DNA from: Bdellovibrionota bacterium
GTDB taxonomy: Bacteria; Bdellovibrionota_C; UBA2361; CALJRW01
Length of the DNA stretch: 64,000 nucleotides
Assembly: GCA_041740355.1 (NCBI GenBank)
Contig: JBGSMD010000063.1
Coordinates: 96,001-160,000 of the forward strand
Reading direction: 5' to 3'
Both the position numbers and the translations under genes were made by a program. This document shows, one piece after another, positions 1 to 8,984 of this stretch. Within the stretch, counting starts at the first letter, position 1, and each line of letters begins with the position of its first letter. The notes beneath the pieces are model-generated. The model did no database searches and was not told the DNA's origin. It saw only the letters and a program-made list of their open reading frames with translations.

Positions 1-2
1 GG

Positions 3-605
3 GATAAGGATAAGCTAAATCAGCTTCTTAATACTTATCAAGAAAAAATTTTGGAACGCGATCTTAAATTCCACCCAGACAAAGATCTATTCCTGAAAAT
101 CGGACCAACTTTAGCAAGCTCCAAAGATTCGCCCTATCAAAGCAAAAAAGTATTTGATTACCTAGGTTACCAAATTAGCGACGAAGGACTTATCTTCCTA
201 AAGTCTTATAAATTTAAAAAACTAAAAAAGGATATTAAGAGTAGACTATTCAACTCCTATCGCACATATTACCGTGCTGGACTAAGTAAGGATCTGCAAA
301 TGTCTAATCTGATTAAAGACCTAAATGGTACGATGCGAGATTTAAATTACTATAATCATTTCGCCGATCTTGTCCTATTCACGACTGATAAACCACGACT
401 TAAGGAATTTGATATTTGGATTGCTCAAACAATTATTGCCATGACTCATAACTGTTCTCGCGCTAATGCGTTTGGGAAAATTTCCTACAGACAAATACGC
501 GAGGCAGGTCTATTCTCGATTCTAAATTACAAGAATATTTATCCTAGAAGAAATGAAGTTCTCCGATCTACAAAAAATCTCCAAAGCAGATCAGCAACGA
601 CGTAA
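3..605 (+). CDS. Reverse transcriptase, C-terminal part (5' truncated by window edge)
   Basis: Frame is open from base 3 (DKDKLNQLLNTYQEKILERDLKFHPDK...). LKFHPDK resembles RT motif 6 (L.lh.eK) and VFDYLGYQI resembles RT motif 7 (F.FLGY), followed by a basic thumb-like region. The catalytic YxDD would lie just upstream of the window and is not visible. Confidence 0.8.
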   Translation, partial: DKDKLNQLLNTYQEKILERDLKFHPDKDLFLKIGPTLASSKDSPYQSKKVFDYLGYQISDEGLIFLKSYKFKKLKKDIKSRLFNSYRTYYRAGLSKDLQMSNLIKDLNGTMRDLNYYNHFADLVLFTTDKPRLKEFDIWIAQTIIAMTHNCSRANAFGKISYRQIREAGLFSILNYKNIYPRRNEVLRSTKNLQSRSATT

Positions 606-2787
606 TCTTGTCCGTAAAGGACTAGAGCAGTATGATCTCAGATCCTACTTACGCTACTTAAGGTATCGAATTAAATGGCCAATACTTTTTAAGTTACTTT
701 CTCGACTAATTGTTATTGTTGAAGTGATTCTAATTCAACAACTATTTACTTATAATATTTTTGCAGACTTAACTCTCTATATTTTCATTATTTTTATCAG
801 TCGAAGCGCCCTAAAAGGTATTACTCAATACTATCGTGTGCAACTAATGCCCCTAGCGACGGCAAAAAACATTTCTGGCCTAAATATCGCCCTAAGTAAG
901 GCTCTGATCATAAACATCTTTTCTGCCTTTTTATTAGCCTTGGTCATTAGCATTCTTTGTCTACTCTTAGATTTATCGGATCAGTTAAACACTTACTTTA
1001 TAATTTCCTGGTGCTTATTAATCCCGCTAGAGCAAATTACCACGCAGCTTTGGAATACCGTCTATCTTAATACCCGACTAAGGCGAAGTGCCTTGATTAC
1101 TTTCATTTGCCGCATGCTTCCAATCATTTCACTATTAGCTTTTAGCAGCTTGATTGGCCCCCTAAGTTACATTCTGGGTACATTTATGGCGAGATTATTA
1201 GAAAGTTTTTACTTATCGCGTGTCGCAATTTTAGCATTAAAGTTCAAATTTACATTAAAGAAGAAATCGAGCAGTTTGTTACAAGTTATCGGACAGTATT
1301 TTAAAAATCAAAAGGCGCGCCAATACCTTTACTTTAATGCCATCCTACCCTGTTATTTTTTGGGTCTTGGATTAATCATCTTTGAACGGGGAGTCGGTAC
1401 CTGGATTACAAATATTATTTATTTTTTTATTTTAAATTTTGCAGTTTTTTTTACTACACAAATTTCACGCTCAATTCAATTTGACATCTACTCCTGCTTT
1501 AAAAAAGGGCAGGTAAAAAAAGCAACGTTCTTAGGCAAAAGAATTGTAAAATATACTTTGAACTTTGCTGTAATTCTAGCAGCTAGCTTTATCTATTTAC
1601 TCTTAAATTCCAAAAGGTTTTACCTTTTCATACCAATTAGCTTAGAATATTTTCTATTAATCTTACCCTTGGCAGTAATTGCTCAAACGTTTTTTTTTTC
1701 GATCTATGCCCAAATCCAATCCCTAGCAATCGATCGTTATTTCACCAAGCTAATCTTCATTAGCTTCCTCCTAATAGGCTTACCAATTCAGTTCCTTCTA
1801 TTTCATTATTACCTCGCAAATCTACAAGCGATCTACTGGACTGAAATCCTTCTCTTTGTGTTTGTAGGTACACTATTATATTTAAATTTGAACTTTAATC
1901 TCAGTCCCTTTTTAATAAAGTATATCAAAAGAGAGCGGAAGGCTCTGCCCCTGTGCCAACCAACTGCACTCCAATTAGAGCTCCGAACTAAATATATCAA
2001 AACTGGCTCAGCTTATCTTTACATATTATCTTATTATGAGCGGGATGCTTTCTGGGAACGCATTAAGTATTCACTTCCCCAAACAAAAGATTTCTTAATT
2101 ACCCGGTACTCTGCTGGGCTCTTCCTGCTTTCATCTCATCAACCACTGACGGATCTTGATTTTCGCAACCTAAGCTTTGTTGCCAAAAAGCAAATAGATT
2201 TAAGCCAAGAGCTACTGCAGACTTTACTGGATATTTATACTTTTTACTATTCTCTAGAATTTAGAAATAGCTCATTCCAAAAAATACGTAATAAGTTCTA
2301 TCTTAATAGATCCATCAAAGAAGAATTGTATCAGTTAGCGGAATTAAAGAGGCCAGTAGATCAAATAATATCAGAGTTGCTTGGAGCTCCTAGGATCGTC
2401 TTCAAAAATGGTAAAATTTCTTGTTTGGGCAAAGTCAGTAATAAACTTTATAATTTTGCTTTGAACCAATATTTTTATCCTGACAATAACTTGGCTCCCG
2501 CAATTCAAGGATCCCAATTAACAATCAGAATTAATAATACGGAAACAATTAGTTTCGACTTAAGGCACTTGAATAGTTACCTAATTGGACAAGTTAATAA
2601 AAAGATTTTTTTCCTCAATCAATATTATTATTTTAAGAATATTATTGATCCCCATTTGCCATATGCAGCTAGCATTCAAGATTATTTAATAGCACGGAGA
2701 CTGATTCATAAACATACCCGTCGCTGTAAAACGAGAAAGGCTGACCATTTAGCAGATCTCAATTTTTATAATCATAAATTAGTATGA
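553..2787 (+). CDS. Polytopic membrane protein, MATE/Wzx (MOP flippase)-like N-terminal ~450 aa plus ~290 aa soluble C-terminal domain
   Basis: About 12 hydrophobic segments in two halves, each with a MATE-like amphipathic linker (LATAKNISGLNIALSKALIINIF; CFKKGQVKKATFLGKRIVKYTLNF). Overlaps the RT 3' end by 53 nt. Fold assignment is by eye. Confidence 0.55.
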   Translation: MKFSDLQKISKADQQRRNLVRKGLEQYDLRSYLRYLRYRIKWPILFKLLSRLIVIVEVILIQQLFTYNIFADLTLYIFIIFISRSALKGITQYYRVQLMPLATAKNISGLNIALSKALIINIFSAFLLALVISILCLLLDLSDQLNTYFIISWCLLIPLEQITTQLWNTVYLNTRLRRSALITFICRMLPIISLLAFSSLIGPLSYILGTFMARLLESFYLSRVAILALKFKFTLKKKSSSLLQVIGQYFKNQKARQYLYFNAILPCYFLGLGLIIFERGVGTWITNIIYFFILNFAVFFTTQISRSIQFDIYSCFKKGQVKKATFLGKRIVKYTLNFAVILAASFIYLLLNSKRFYLFIPISLEYFLLILPLAVIAQTFFFSIYAQIQSLAIDRYFTKLIFISFLLIGLPIQFLLFHYYLANLQAIYWTEILLFVFVGTLLYLNLNFNLSPFLIKYIKRERKALPLCQPTALQLELRTKYIKTGSAYLYILSYYERDAFWERIKYSLPQTKDFLITRYSAGLFLLSSHQPLTDLDFRNLSFVAKKQIDLSQELLQTLLDIYTFYYSLEFRNSSFQKIRNKFYLNRSIKEELYQLAELKRPVDQIISELLGAPRIVFKNGKISCLGKVSNKLYNFALNQYFYPDNNLAPAIQGSQLTIRINNTETISFDLRHLNSYLIGQVNKKIFFLNQYYYFKNIIDPHLPYAASIQDYLIARRLIHKHTRRCKTRKADHLADLNFYNHKLV

Positions 2788-4514
2788 AATCCAAAAGTTT
2801 AATCTACTTTATTTTCATTTTACTAAGCTTAATTATTGGACTATCGCTCCACGCTGAGAGAATCGAAATACCTCTTTACGTTCTACGAAAAGCAATTACT
2901 TGTTCTAGTGTTCAAGAGAAAACATTGGAAGTTGTTTTCCAAAACAAGTCTTATTTGATCGCATTTGACCATATTTACAGTACTCCCGTTATTAATGCAG
3001 GTTTAGTCTGTCAACGTTTGATCCGCTACTTAAAAGCAGCGCCTTCGCCCAATTTAATCATCCCTATCTCCAAAAAATATACCAAGTTCGGCCATGATAT
3101 TTATGTCGATGAATCAGGATTTTTAGAAAAAGCTTGCCTAGAACAAGGGCTTTGTAAGCGAAACATCTTGGATACTTTTAAGCCCAAAAAAATACTCCGT
3201 GAATGTCATGGGAAAATTACACTAAACGGCTTATTGGCAAAATCTCGTCCCAAAATTCCTGGCTATCAAACAAAAATCATTAAAGATGTTACAATTAAAA
3301 TTCACCCATTTCATCCATTTATCAATATTCTAAATGAATACCTTCAAGATCCAATTTTAAAGGAAATTCATGCCTCTACTATGTCAATTGGTAATCAAGC
3401 CCTAGACGATATTTCTGCCAGCACGCAAAGCTACAATAAAAAGGCTGTAATTAATTATGATGCCGGAATTTCATTGTTCAATTCTCAACAAGGCCAAATT
3501 GCTAAGGCTATTACTAAGTCACCTAAAGTTCATTTTTTACCAATGACCAGTGGTAATAATTTTAGCCAATTTTATCACATCAAATTTATTGCTAGCCCAC
3601 AAACTAACAAGTCAATGTTGGCCTCAATGAATTTAGCCTCAGTAGATCGAACAGCATATCTCGACCTAAATTTTTTCTTTGAGGATCCTACTATTCGCGA
3701 TGAGTTTTTATCCATCTCAAATAATAATAATCGAAGATTTTGTGATTATTCTGAAGATTATGACTGCTTAGCAAATTTTTATGATGAAAGATCAAAATCC
3801 CATATTCCACTGGTAATAAATAGAAGTTGTCCGACAAGCAATACCGAAACTACTATCAAAAGATCTGGTTACTTTGTAAACTCCGAAGATGATGATCTCA
3901 AACAATTTGTGATAAACTTTATTAATCAAGCAAAACAAGAAATCATTGTAACTTCCTACAAGTTAACAGAAAGAGCCATTGCCAAGGCCTTATTAAACAA
4001 GCAGCAAGAAGGGCTTAAAGTTCACGCCATGTTAGCCTTTAAATCTCCCGCATTGGGCGAATTGAAAAGCCATTTCTACTCGGGGGAAGTTGTTAAGGAA
4101 GAGTATCCTTTTCCTCACATGAAAATTATTATTATCGATCGCCGACTAATGCTATTTGGAACTGCGAACTTCACGATTAATGCTTTAAATAATACAACTG
4201 AATTAATTGGAGTTACTGATAATCAGCAAGCAATTAAAACAGCGTTAGATCATGTCGCAGTTTTTACACAGTCCAAAGATCTGGCCTTAAGTAAAAACAT
4301 TTCCAATACTCCTAAGCAGAAAAATTATGTAGCAGTGACGAGCTCTACGCAGATCAAACCAGTGAATTTACCTTTTACTAAACCGCTTGAGCAGAAATGG
4401 TTATCAAACTACCGAGAGGTAACAAAGGAAGGCGAAAAATTATTAGATAAGTGTGATTTAAGGCACCTTATTTTTATAACTAAGGCAACTTATTTGGAAT
4501 GTCTTAAAAAATAA
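2784..4514 (+). CDS. Exported phospholipase D-superfamily protein with degenerate SNase-like N-terminal domain
   Basis: Signal peptide MKSKSLIYFIFILLSLIIGLSLHA. Two HKD-type motifs: YHIKFIASPQTNKSMLASMNL (Asp missing) and PHMKIIIIDRRLMLFGTANFT. FINQAKQEIIVTSY is typical of Nuc-type PLD. ATGA overlap with upstream gene. Confidence 0.8.
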   Translation: MKSKSLIYFIFILLSLIIGLSLHAERIEIPLYVLRKAITCSSVQEKTLEVVFQNKSYLIAFDHIYSTPVINAGLVCQRLIRYLKAAPSPNLIIPISKKYTKFGHDIYVDESGFLEKACLEQGLCKRNILDTFKPKKILRECHGKITLNGLLAKSRPKIPGYQTKIIKDVTIKIHPFHPFINILNEYLQDPILKEIHASTMSIGNQALDDISASTQSYNKKAVINYDAGISLFNSQQGQIAKAITKSPKVHFLPMTSGNNFSQFYHIKFIASPQTNKSMLASMNLASVDRTAYLDLNFFFEDPTIRDEFLSISNNNNRRFCDYSEDYDCLANFYDERSKSHIPLVINRSCPTSNTETTIKRSGYFVNSEDDDLKQFVINFINQAKQEIIVTSYKLTERAIAKALLNKQQEGLKVHAMLAFKSPALGELKSHFYSGEVVKEEYPFPHMKIIIIDRRLMLFGTANFTINALNNTTELIGVTDNQQAIKTALDHVAVFTQSKDLALSKNISNTPKQKNYVAVTSSTQIKPVNLPFTKPLEQKWLSNYREVTKEGEKLLDKCDLRHLIFITKATYLECLKK

Positions 4515-4521
4515 AAGAAAA

Positions 4522-4651
4522 AAGAGTTGGGCGGAATTTAACGCTTACCTGCTCTATAATATCTGCCGTCAGAACCTGCACCTTTCTCCGAAGGCGTATT
4601 TACAGATCCCCCTTGCGTTTGGAGAAGCCCGAAGGCGACAACCCAACTCTT
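4522..4651 (-). ncRNA. Putative ~130-nt structured ncRNA of unknown family (strand uncertain)
   Basis: Perfect 10-bp terminal inverted repeat AAGAGTTGGG (4522-4531)/CCCAACTCTT (4642-4651). Internal stem 4584-4596/4614-4626. GCC-UUCG-GGC hairpin on minus strand (4627-4636). GC-rich island in AT-rich DNA, with a U-tract after the minus-strand 3' end. Confidence 0.6.
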
Positions 4652-4657
4652 AATTTA

Positions 4658-4687
4658 ATATTACCATAGCAATTTAACGATAAACAA
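4658..4687 (-). promoter_or_regulatory. Sigma70-type promoter candidate for the ncRNA
   Basis: Minus strand TTGTTT (4687-4682), 18-nt spacer, TG-g-TAATAT extended -10 (hexamer 4663-4658). Predicted +1 near 4651, the first base of the terminal stem. AT-rich context makes chance matches possible. Confidence 0.45.
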
Positions 4688-4731
4688 TGATTTATTTTTA
4701 AAGTTCTAAGAAAGGAATGTAATTAAAAGTT

Positions 4732-5310
4732 TTAGTTCGACTCAACCTTTTGCATTTTCTTCATGTGGATTTGATAAAGCTCTTCTTTGCCATAATCTTC
4801 TAACTCACGTGAGCGACTCATTAAGGTTTCTTTATCTTCAATATAAAGTCTTGGATCCGGATGGTGGACTTCGGGGTGAAGTCCCGTGTCCATTCGAATG
4901 GCATCTACTGGGCAGGCTTCCACACAAAAACCACAATAGATACAAAGCAAAGTATCAATCTCATATCGTCTCGGGAACTTTTCAATTTCAGGATCATCGT
5001 GCTCTGCCGCTTCAATGTAAATACACTTTGCCGGACAAGCAGTTGCACAAAGAAAACAGGAGGTACATTTAACACTACCTTCCGATGTAAGAGTTAAACG
5101 ATGACGACCCCGATATCGCTCTGGGTAATCACGGCGCTCATTGGGATATTGAATCGCAACATCAGCAGCAATATTTTTGGCGAGACCAACTGTATGTAAG
5201 ACATGTAAGGAAAAATTCTTAGCAAGCTTGGTGAAAGTGAAGGCAACACCCTTAGCTACCTCAATCAGGTAGATCTTTTCCCAAAAATTCATTTCTTCAC
5301 GACGTCTCAT
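4732..5310 (-). CDS. nuoI: NADH-quinone oxidoreductase subunit I
   Basis: QYPNE..RYRGRHRL plus two 4Fe-4S motifs, CTSCFLCATACP and CIYCGFCVEACP. Confidence 0.95.
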   Translation of the reverse strand: MRRREEMNFWEKIYLIEVAKGVAFTFTKLAKNFSLHVLHTVGLAKNIAADVAIQYPNERRDYPERYRGRHRLTLTSEGSVKCTSCFLCATACPAKCIYIEAAEHDDPEIEKFPRRYEIDTLLCIYCGFCVEACPVDAIRMDTGLHPEVHHPDPRLYIEDKETLMSRSRELEDYGKEELYQIHMKKMQKVESN

Positions 5311-5379
5311 AAGGCAAATTTATAGCCTATTTTTTAAGTGGGAACAACAAGCTCTGGAACATGCAATTAATAAGAATTC

Positions 5380-7533
5380 TTAAAATTCTTGATGATGGCT
5401 CTTGCCTCGGGGCTCGTTCCGATAGGTTCGATCTTTGGGACTTGGCTTACTCGGCTTATGATTTGCTTCTCCTCGTAATAATCCACCAAGCTTCTGTCTC
5501 ACCATTTGAGGCCCATTAGTTTGATACCATTTGGCACTTACTCTAACCCCAAAATGGATCAGTGGGATGAGCTTTGGTTTTTCAGGATCTTTATAAGAAA
5601 CAACATCAAAGGGCATACCACTTACTAAGCGAGTGCCCCGAGGCAAAATGGAACTTCGATCTAAAATCCTTTGTAAATTATCCTGACTTCCCGCGGCGAG
5701 ATAAACAGTGCCTTTGTCAGTTTTTTTAGAACTAAAAAGTGCGTCACAACCAGACCAGATTGATTCTAGGACTGCTTGATGAATTGTCTCGTCCATATGA
5801 CGAATTGGATATTTTTCTAAGTCTAATTTAAATCTGCGAAGTAAAACTTCCTTAAGTTCGGTACAACGTCTCATACTAACAGAGTCAATACCACATTTGG
5901 CTTGTGACTCGGGAGACATGCCAATTGCCGACTGAAATACCAAAGCTTGCGCGATAGCATCAGAATCCTTTTCGTCATCACAAAGTATCTTCCAATCTTT
6001 ACTACTACTATTTACAACACCACCATTTTCTTGAACGACAGCAACATCAATTGCCAAGCGAAGAATTTCGAAATCCTCATAGGCAACAGACTTTTGTTGT
6101 GCCGTGATTAACATCTTTCCAATTCGAACATCCACTGGCAGATTCGCAACAGCCTTTCCTTCTGTTGTAATATGCCCTTTTGGTCCACATAAATTTAAAT
6201 TTTGCAGAACCCTGAAAGTTTCATCCATTCTTTTTTTGGTAATCCTACTTGGAAATGGCAAGCGCTCAATAGCTTCGCGATTTGGCAGAACTGGACTACT
6301 GATTAATCGTAGAAATAAACTTTCCAACCTAGAATTTTGAATATCCGCTGGTGGTTCAGGGTCTAAATAACGATGCGGTGTTTCGCCATGATAAATAAAT
6401 TTTCCCGGATGAGTCCTTCCGGCGCGTCCTTTTTCTTGAGTAAAATTAAATTTAGAAATCGCCATCAATCTTAAACACGGCACGCCATTCTCAACTACAA
6501 TCCGCTTAACTAATCCAGACATAATGACTAAGTCGATATCTGGAATTGTAATACTTGCTTCGGCAACGTTTGTAGCCAAAACAATTTTTGGTACATCATA
6601 TTTCGCCATTGTTCTTTGCTGCTCCGCAGAGGAAAGCTTAGAATGCAGAGGCATAACAGCAGCGGACATCCCTTCTTTCGCTAAGGCGGCATTTATTGCA
6701 GTTTCCATCTGACTAATCTCATGTTTTCCAGGAAGAAAAATGAGCGTATTTTCACCACGCCTCACAGCGTCGACAGCATCCGCTAAAATAGATTTACCTT
6801 TCTCTCTTTCGTCTACTCGAAAAGTTCGACCAGGAACCTTGATCACTGGAGTGGCAAGACCAAAGACTTTTCTCACTTTATCGGTATTCAGTGTTGCCGA
6901 CATAATCACTAATTTAGGCTTAGGGCCTTTAGGATTCTGAAGCTCTTGAAGGAACATGGCTAGTAATGTTTCCATGTACATGTTTTTTTCGTGAGCTTCA
7001 TCAATCACATAAACGGTACCTTGATCCGAACCTCTATGCCCACCTAATTTTTGTGCTAAAAGTAAACCATCTGTTAAATATGTTACCTTACTAAGCGCAT
7101 TGCAGCATTTGCCGAAACCATGCTGAAAGCCGACTTCCTCTCCAAGTTCTGTGCTGTTCTTAGCTGAGACGTAGGTTGCTAAGTTAACAGCCGCCATTCG
7201 ACGAGGTTGTGTCACCACGACTCGATAACCAAGATCGGCCAGAAACATTGGTACTTCGGTGCTTTTCCCAGAACCAGTTTCTGCTTGAATTACAGTCACG
7301 TTATTATTTAATACCGCACGCTGAATTCTGGCTTTGTAGGCCATGATTGGCAGCTCGCCATTTGTTGTAATAGGTTCAATTTTTGGTTTTACAATATCGC
7401 GAGCAGGAAATCGACCTTGGATTTCACGTGGATTTGGGAAAGTAATCCGGGGGATATGATACTGTGTATGTTTAGGCTGATTTCTTTTACTGTCCCTTAG
7501 GGCTCTTCCACCCTGAGTATTAACTCCTGCCAT
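5380..7533 (-). CDS. DEAH-box RNA helicase, HrpA/HrpB-like
   Basis: AETGSGKST, TQPRRMAA, IDEAHE, MSAT, IFLPG, ATNVAEASITIPD, QEKGRAGR and HA2-like LPVDVRIGKML. Confidence 0.9.
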   Translation of the reverse strand: MAGVNTQGGRALRDSKRNQPKHTQYHIPRITFPNPREIQGRFPARDIVKPKIEPITTNGELPIMAYKARIQRAVLNNNVTVIQAETGSGKSTEVPMFLADLGYRVVVTQPRRMAAVNLATYVSAKNSTELGEEVGFQHGFGKCCNALSKVTYLTDGLLLAQKLGGHRGSDQGTVYVIDEAHEKNMYMETLLAMFLQELQNPKGPKPKLVIMSATLNTDKVRKVFGLATPVIKVPGRTFRVDEREKGKSILADAVDAVRRGENTLIFLPGKHEISQMETAINAALAKEGMSAAVMPLHSKLSSAEQQRTMAKYDVPKIVLATNVAEASITIPDIDLVIMSGLVKRIVVENGVPCLRLMAISKFNFTQEKGRAGRTHPGKFIYHGETPHRYLDPEPPADIQNSRLESLFLRLISSPVLPNREAIERLPFPSRITKKRMDETFRVLQNLNLCGPKGHITTEGKAVANLPVDVRIGKMLITAQQKSVAYEDFEILRLAIDVAVVQENGGVVNSSSKDWKILCDDEKDSDAIAQALVFQSAIGMSPESQAKCGIDSVSMRRCTELKEVLLRRFKLDLEKYPIRHMDETIHQAVLESIWSGCDALFSSKKTDKGTVYLAAGSQDNLQRILDRSSILPRGTRLVSGMPFDVVSYKDPEKPKLIPLIHFGVRVSAKWYQTNGPQMVRQKLGGLLRGEANHKPSKPSPKDRTYRNEPRGKSHHQEF

Positions 7534-7763
7534 ACGACCACTTCCTCTTTACGACAAAACATTTCTAAAAACTCGGTAAGTTTTGAAATGTTTTTGGTTA
7601 AATCTGGAAGAAAAAATCTGCAAGTCTAACCCTACTAAGATTCAATCTTATTAAAAGTTCTATATTGAATATGATCACTAAGCAAGATTTATTATTTTGT
7701 GTTTAGCTAAAAAAAATGTTGACAGAAAAATCAAAAGTTCAAGATTTTAAGTGAATGATTCTT

Positions 7764-7898
7764 TAGTTATGACAAAAAGTAATTTCCAAATATTTCAAAG
7801 GTAGTTTTTTGTCATAACTATATGATATTATTATCCCTCCGGGGGATAGTAAGCCCCAAAAAGTAATTCCAAACAGAAATTACTTTTTAGGCTTACTA
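7764..7898 (+). repeat. Dispersed ~135-bp three-hairpin repeat, copy A
   Basis: TAGTTATGACAAAAA..TTTTTGTCATAACTA, TATCCCTCCGGGGGATA and TAGTAAGCC..GGCTTACTA. Homologous to copies at 11004, 37525 and 45648. Confidence 0.85.
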
Positions 7899-7916
7899 AA
7901 TTTGTCCTTGATTAAA

Positions 7917-8807
7917 CTACAAACACTCTTGTAATTTTTTTAGTAACTTCATTGCGGCAACTGGAGTTGGTCCACAGATCAAATGATAACCAACCACATA
8001 ATCTTTGCAAGCAACAGCAATGTCTCGACATAATTTAAAAGAAAACTCTCCAAGATCAGCTTCTGGATCTGCTTCCGCCATCGCAATTAGCTCCGGTGAA
8101 ATTTTAATTCCGGGAACATTTTGAAAAGCCAAAGCATTGCGCCCCTTGCGAAAAGGTAAGAGTCCAAGAAAAAGTGGCACTCCAACTTCGCTAGCTGCTT
8201 TGAAAAAACCAACAGCTTGATCAACATCAAAGACTGGTTGACTGAGTGCATACTGCGCTCCAGCTAATTTTTTCTTTTCTAACTTTCTAAGTTCTGGTCC
8301 TGGGTTGCGAACATTTGGATTCACAACACAACCAGGGATGATAGCCGGCGCACCTTCTAGATCATTCCCGGCTAAATCCTTGCCAGCATTAAGAGTCTTA
8401 ATGGTATCTAGTAATCCCACAGAGTTAACTTCGAACACACCCTTACAATCTTTGTTATCACCAACACTGATCGCATCACCAGTTAGGGCGATAATATGAT
8501 TAACCCCCAAACTACCAGCGGCAAGCAACTCTCCTTGCATGGCAATTAAATTACGATCTCGACAGGAGAGGTTAACCATCGTCTCAACTCCATAACGCTC
8601 TTTAAGTTTAGAAGCGAAGACAATTGGGTTCATCCGCATGCGAGCTAGAGCCGAATCGGTAACATTTAAATAATCAATTTGGCCAAGATACTTATCAAGC
8701 CTAGCAAACACCTCATCTGAGGAAATTCCCCGAGGGGGATTCACTTCTAGGCAGAATAGCTTTTTATTTTCTTGAAAATTTAAGGATTTAGGGGAGAAAT
8801 TGCTCAT
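7917..8807 (-). CDS. metF: Methylenetetrahydrofolate reductase (YitJ C-terminal type)
   Basis: EVNPPRG, NVTDSALARMRM, SCRDRNLIAMQ, ALTGD, GVFEVNSVGL and SQPVFD. Confidence 0.9.
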   Translation of the reverse strand: MSNFSPKSLNFQENKKLFCLEVNPPRGISSDEVFARLDKYLGQIDYLNVTDSALARMRMNPIVFASKLKERYGVETMVNLSCRDRNLIAMQGELLAAGSLGVNHIIALTGDAISVGDNKDCKGVFEVNSVGLLDTIKTLNAGKDLAGNDLEGAPAIIPGCVVNPNVRNPGPELRKLEKKKLAGAQYALSQPVFDVDQAVGFFKAASEVGVPLFLGLLPFRKGRNALAFQNVPGIKISPELIAMAEADPEADLGEFSFKLCRDIAVACKDYVVGYHLICGPTPVAAMKLLKKLQECL

Positions 8808-8984
8808 TTCTGAGTAAATAATACAGAGAGGGCGAAAAGTCTATTAGCCACTGATAGTTAGCTATCTGAGTAAATTCTGTTATTTGAAAAAGACCTTAAT
8901 GGAGATTATACTCAAAAAGCATTGTAATCTTCGAAAAATGAAAGTATACAATATGACGTGTCATTTTAAACATTGTGTATTTTC

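Noticed and set aside
3-605. Group II intron, DGR or CRISPR-associated RT
   Set aside because: The ORF runs straight into a membrane protein gene, with no intron domain V/VI downstream, no template/variable repeat pair and no cas genes visible. Upstream context is unseen.
4522-4651. SRP RNA, 6S RNA, tRNA or c-di-AMP riboswitch
   Set aside because: No SRP helix-8 motif, too short and branched for 6S, no cloverleaf. The GTAAGCGTT resemblance to the c-di-AMP riboswitch 3' end lacks the rest of that consensus, and the element is not in a 5' leader. An Rfam search is still needed.
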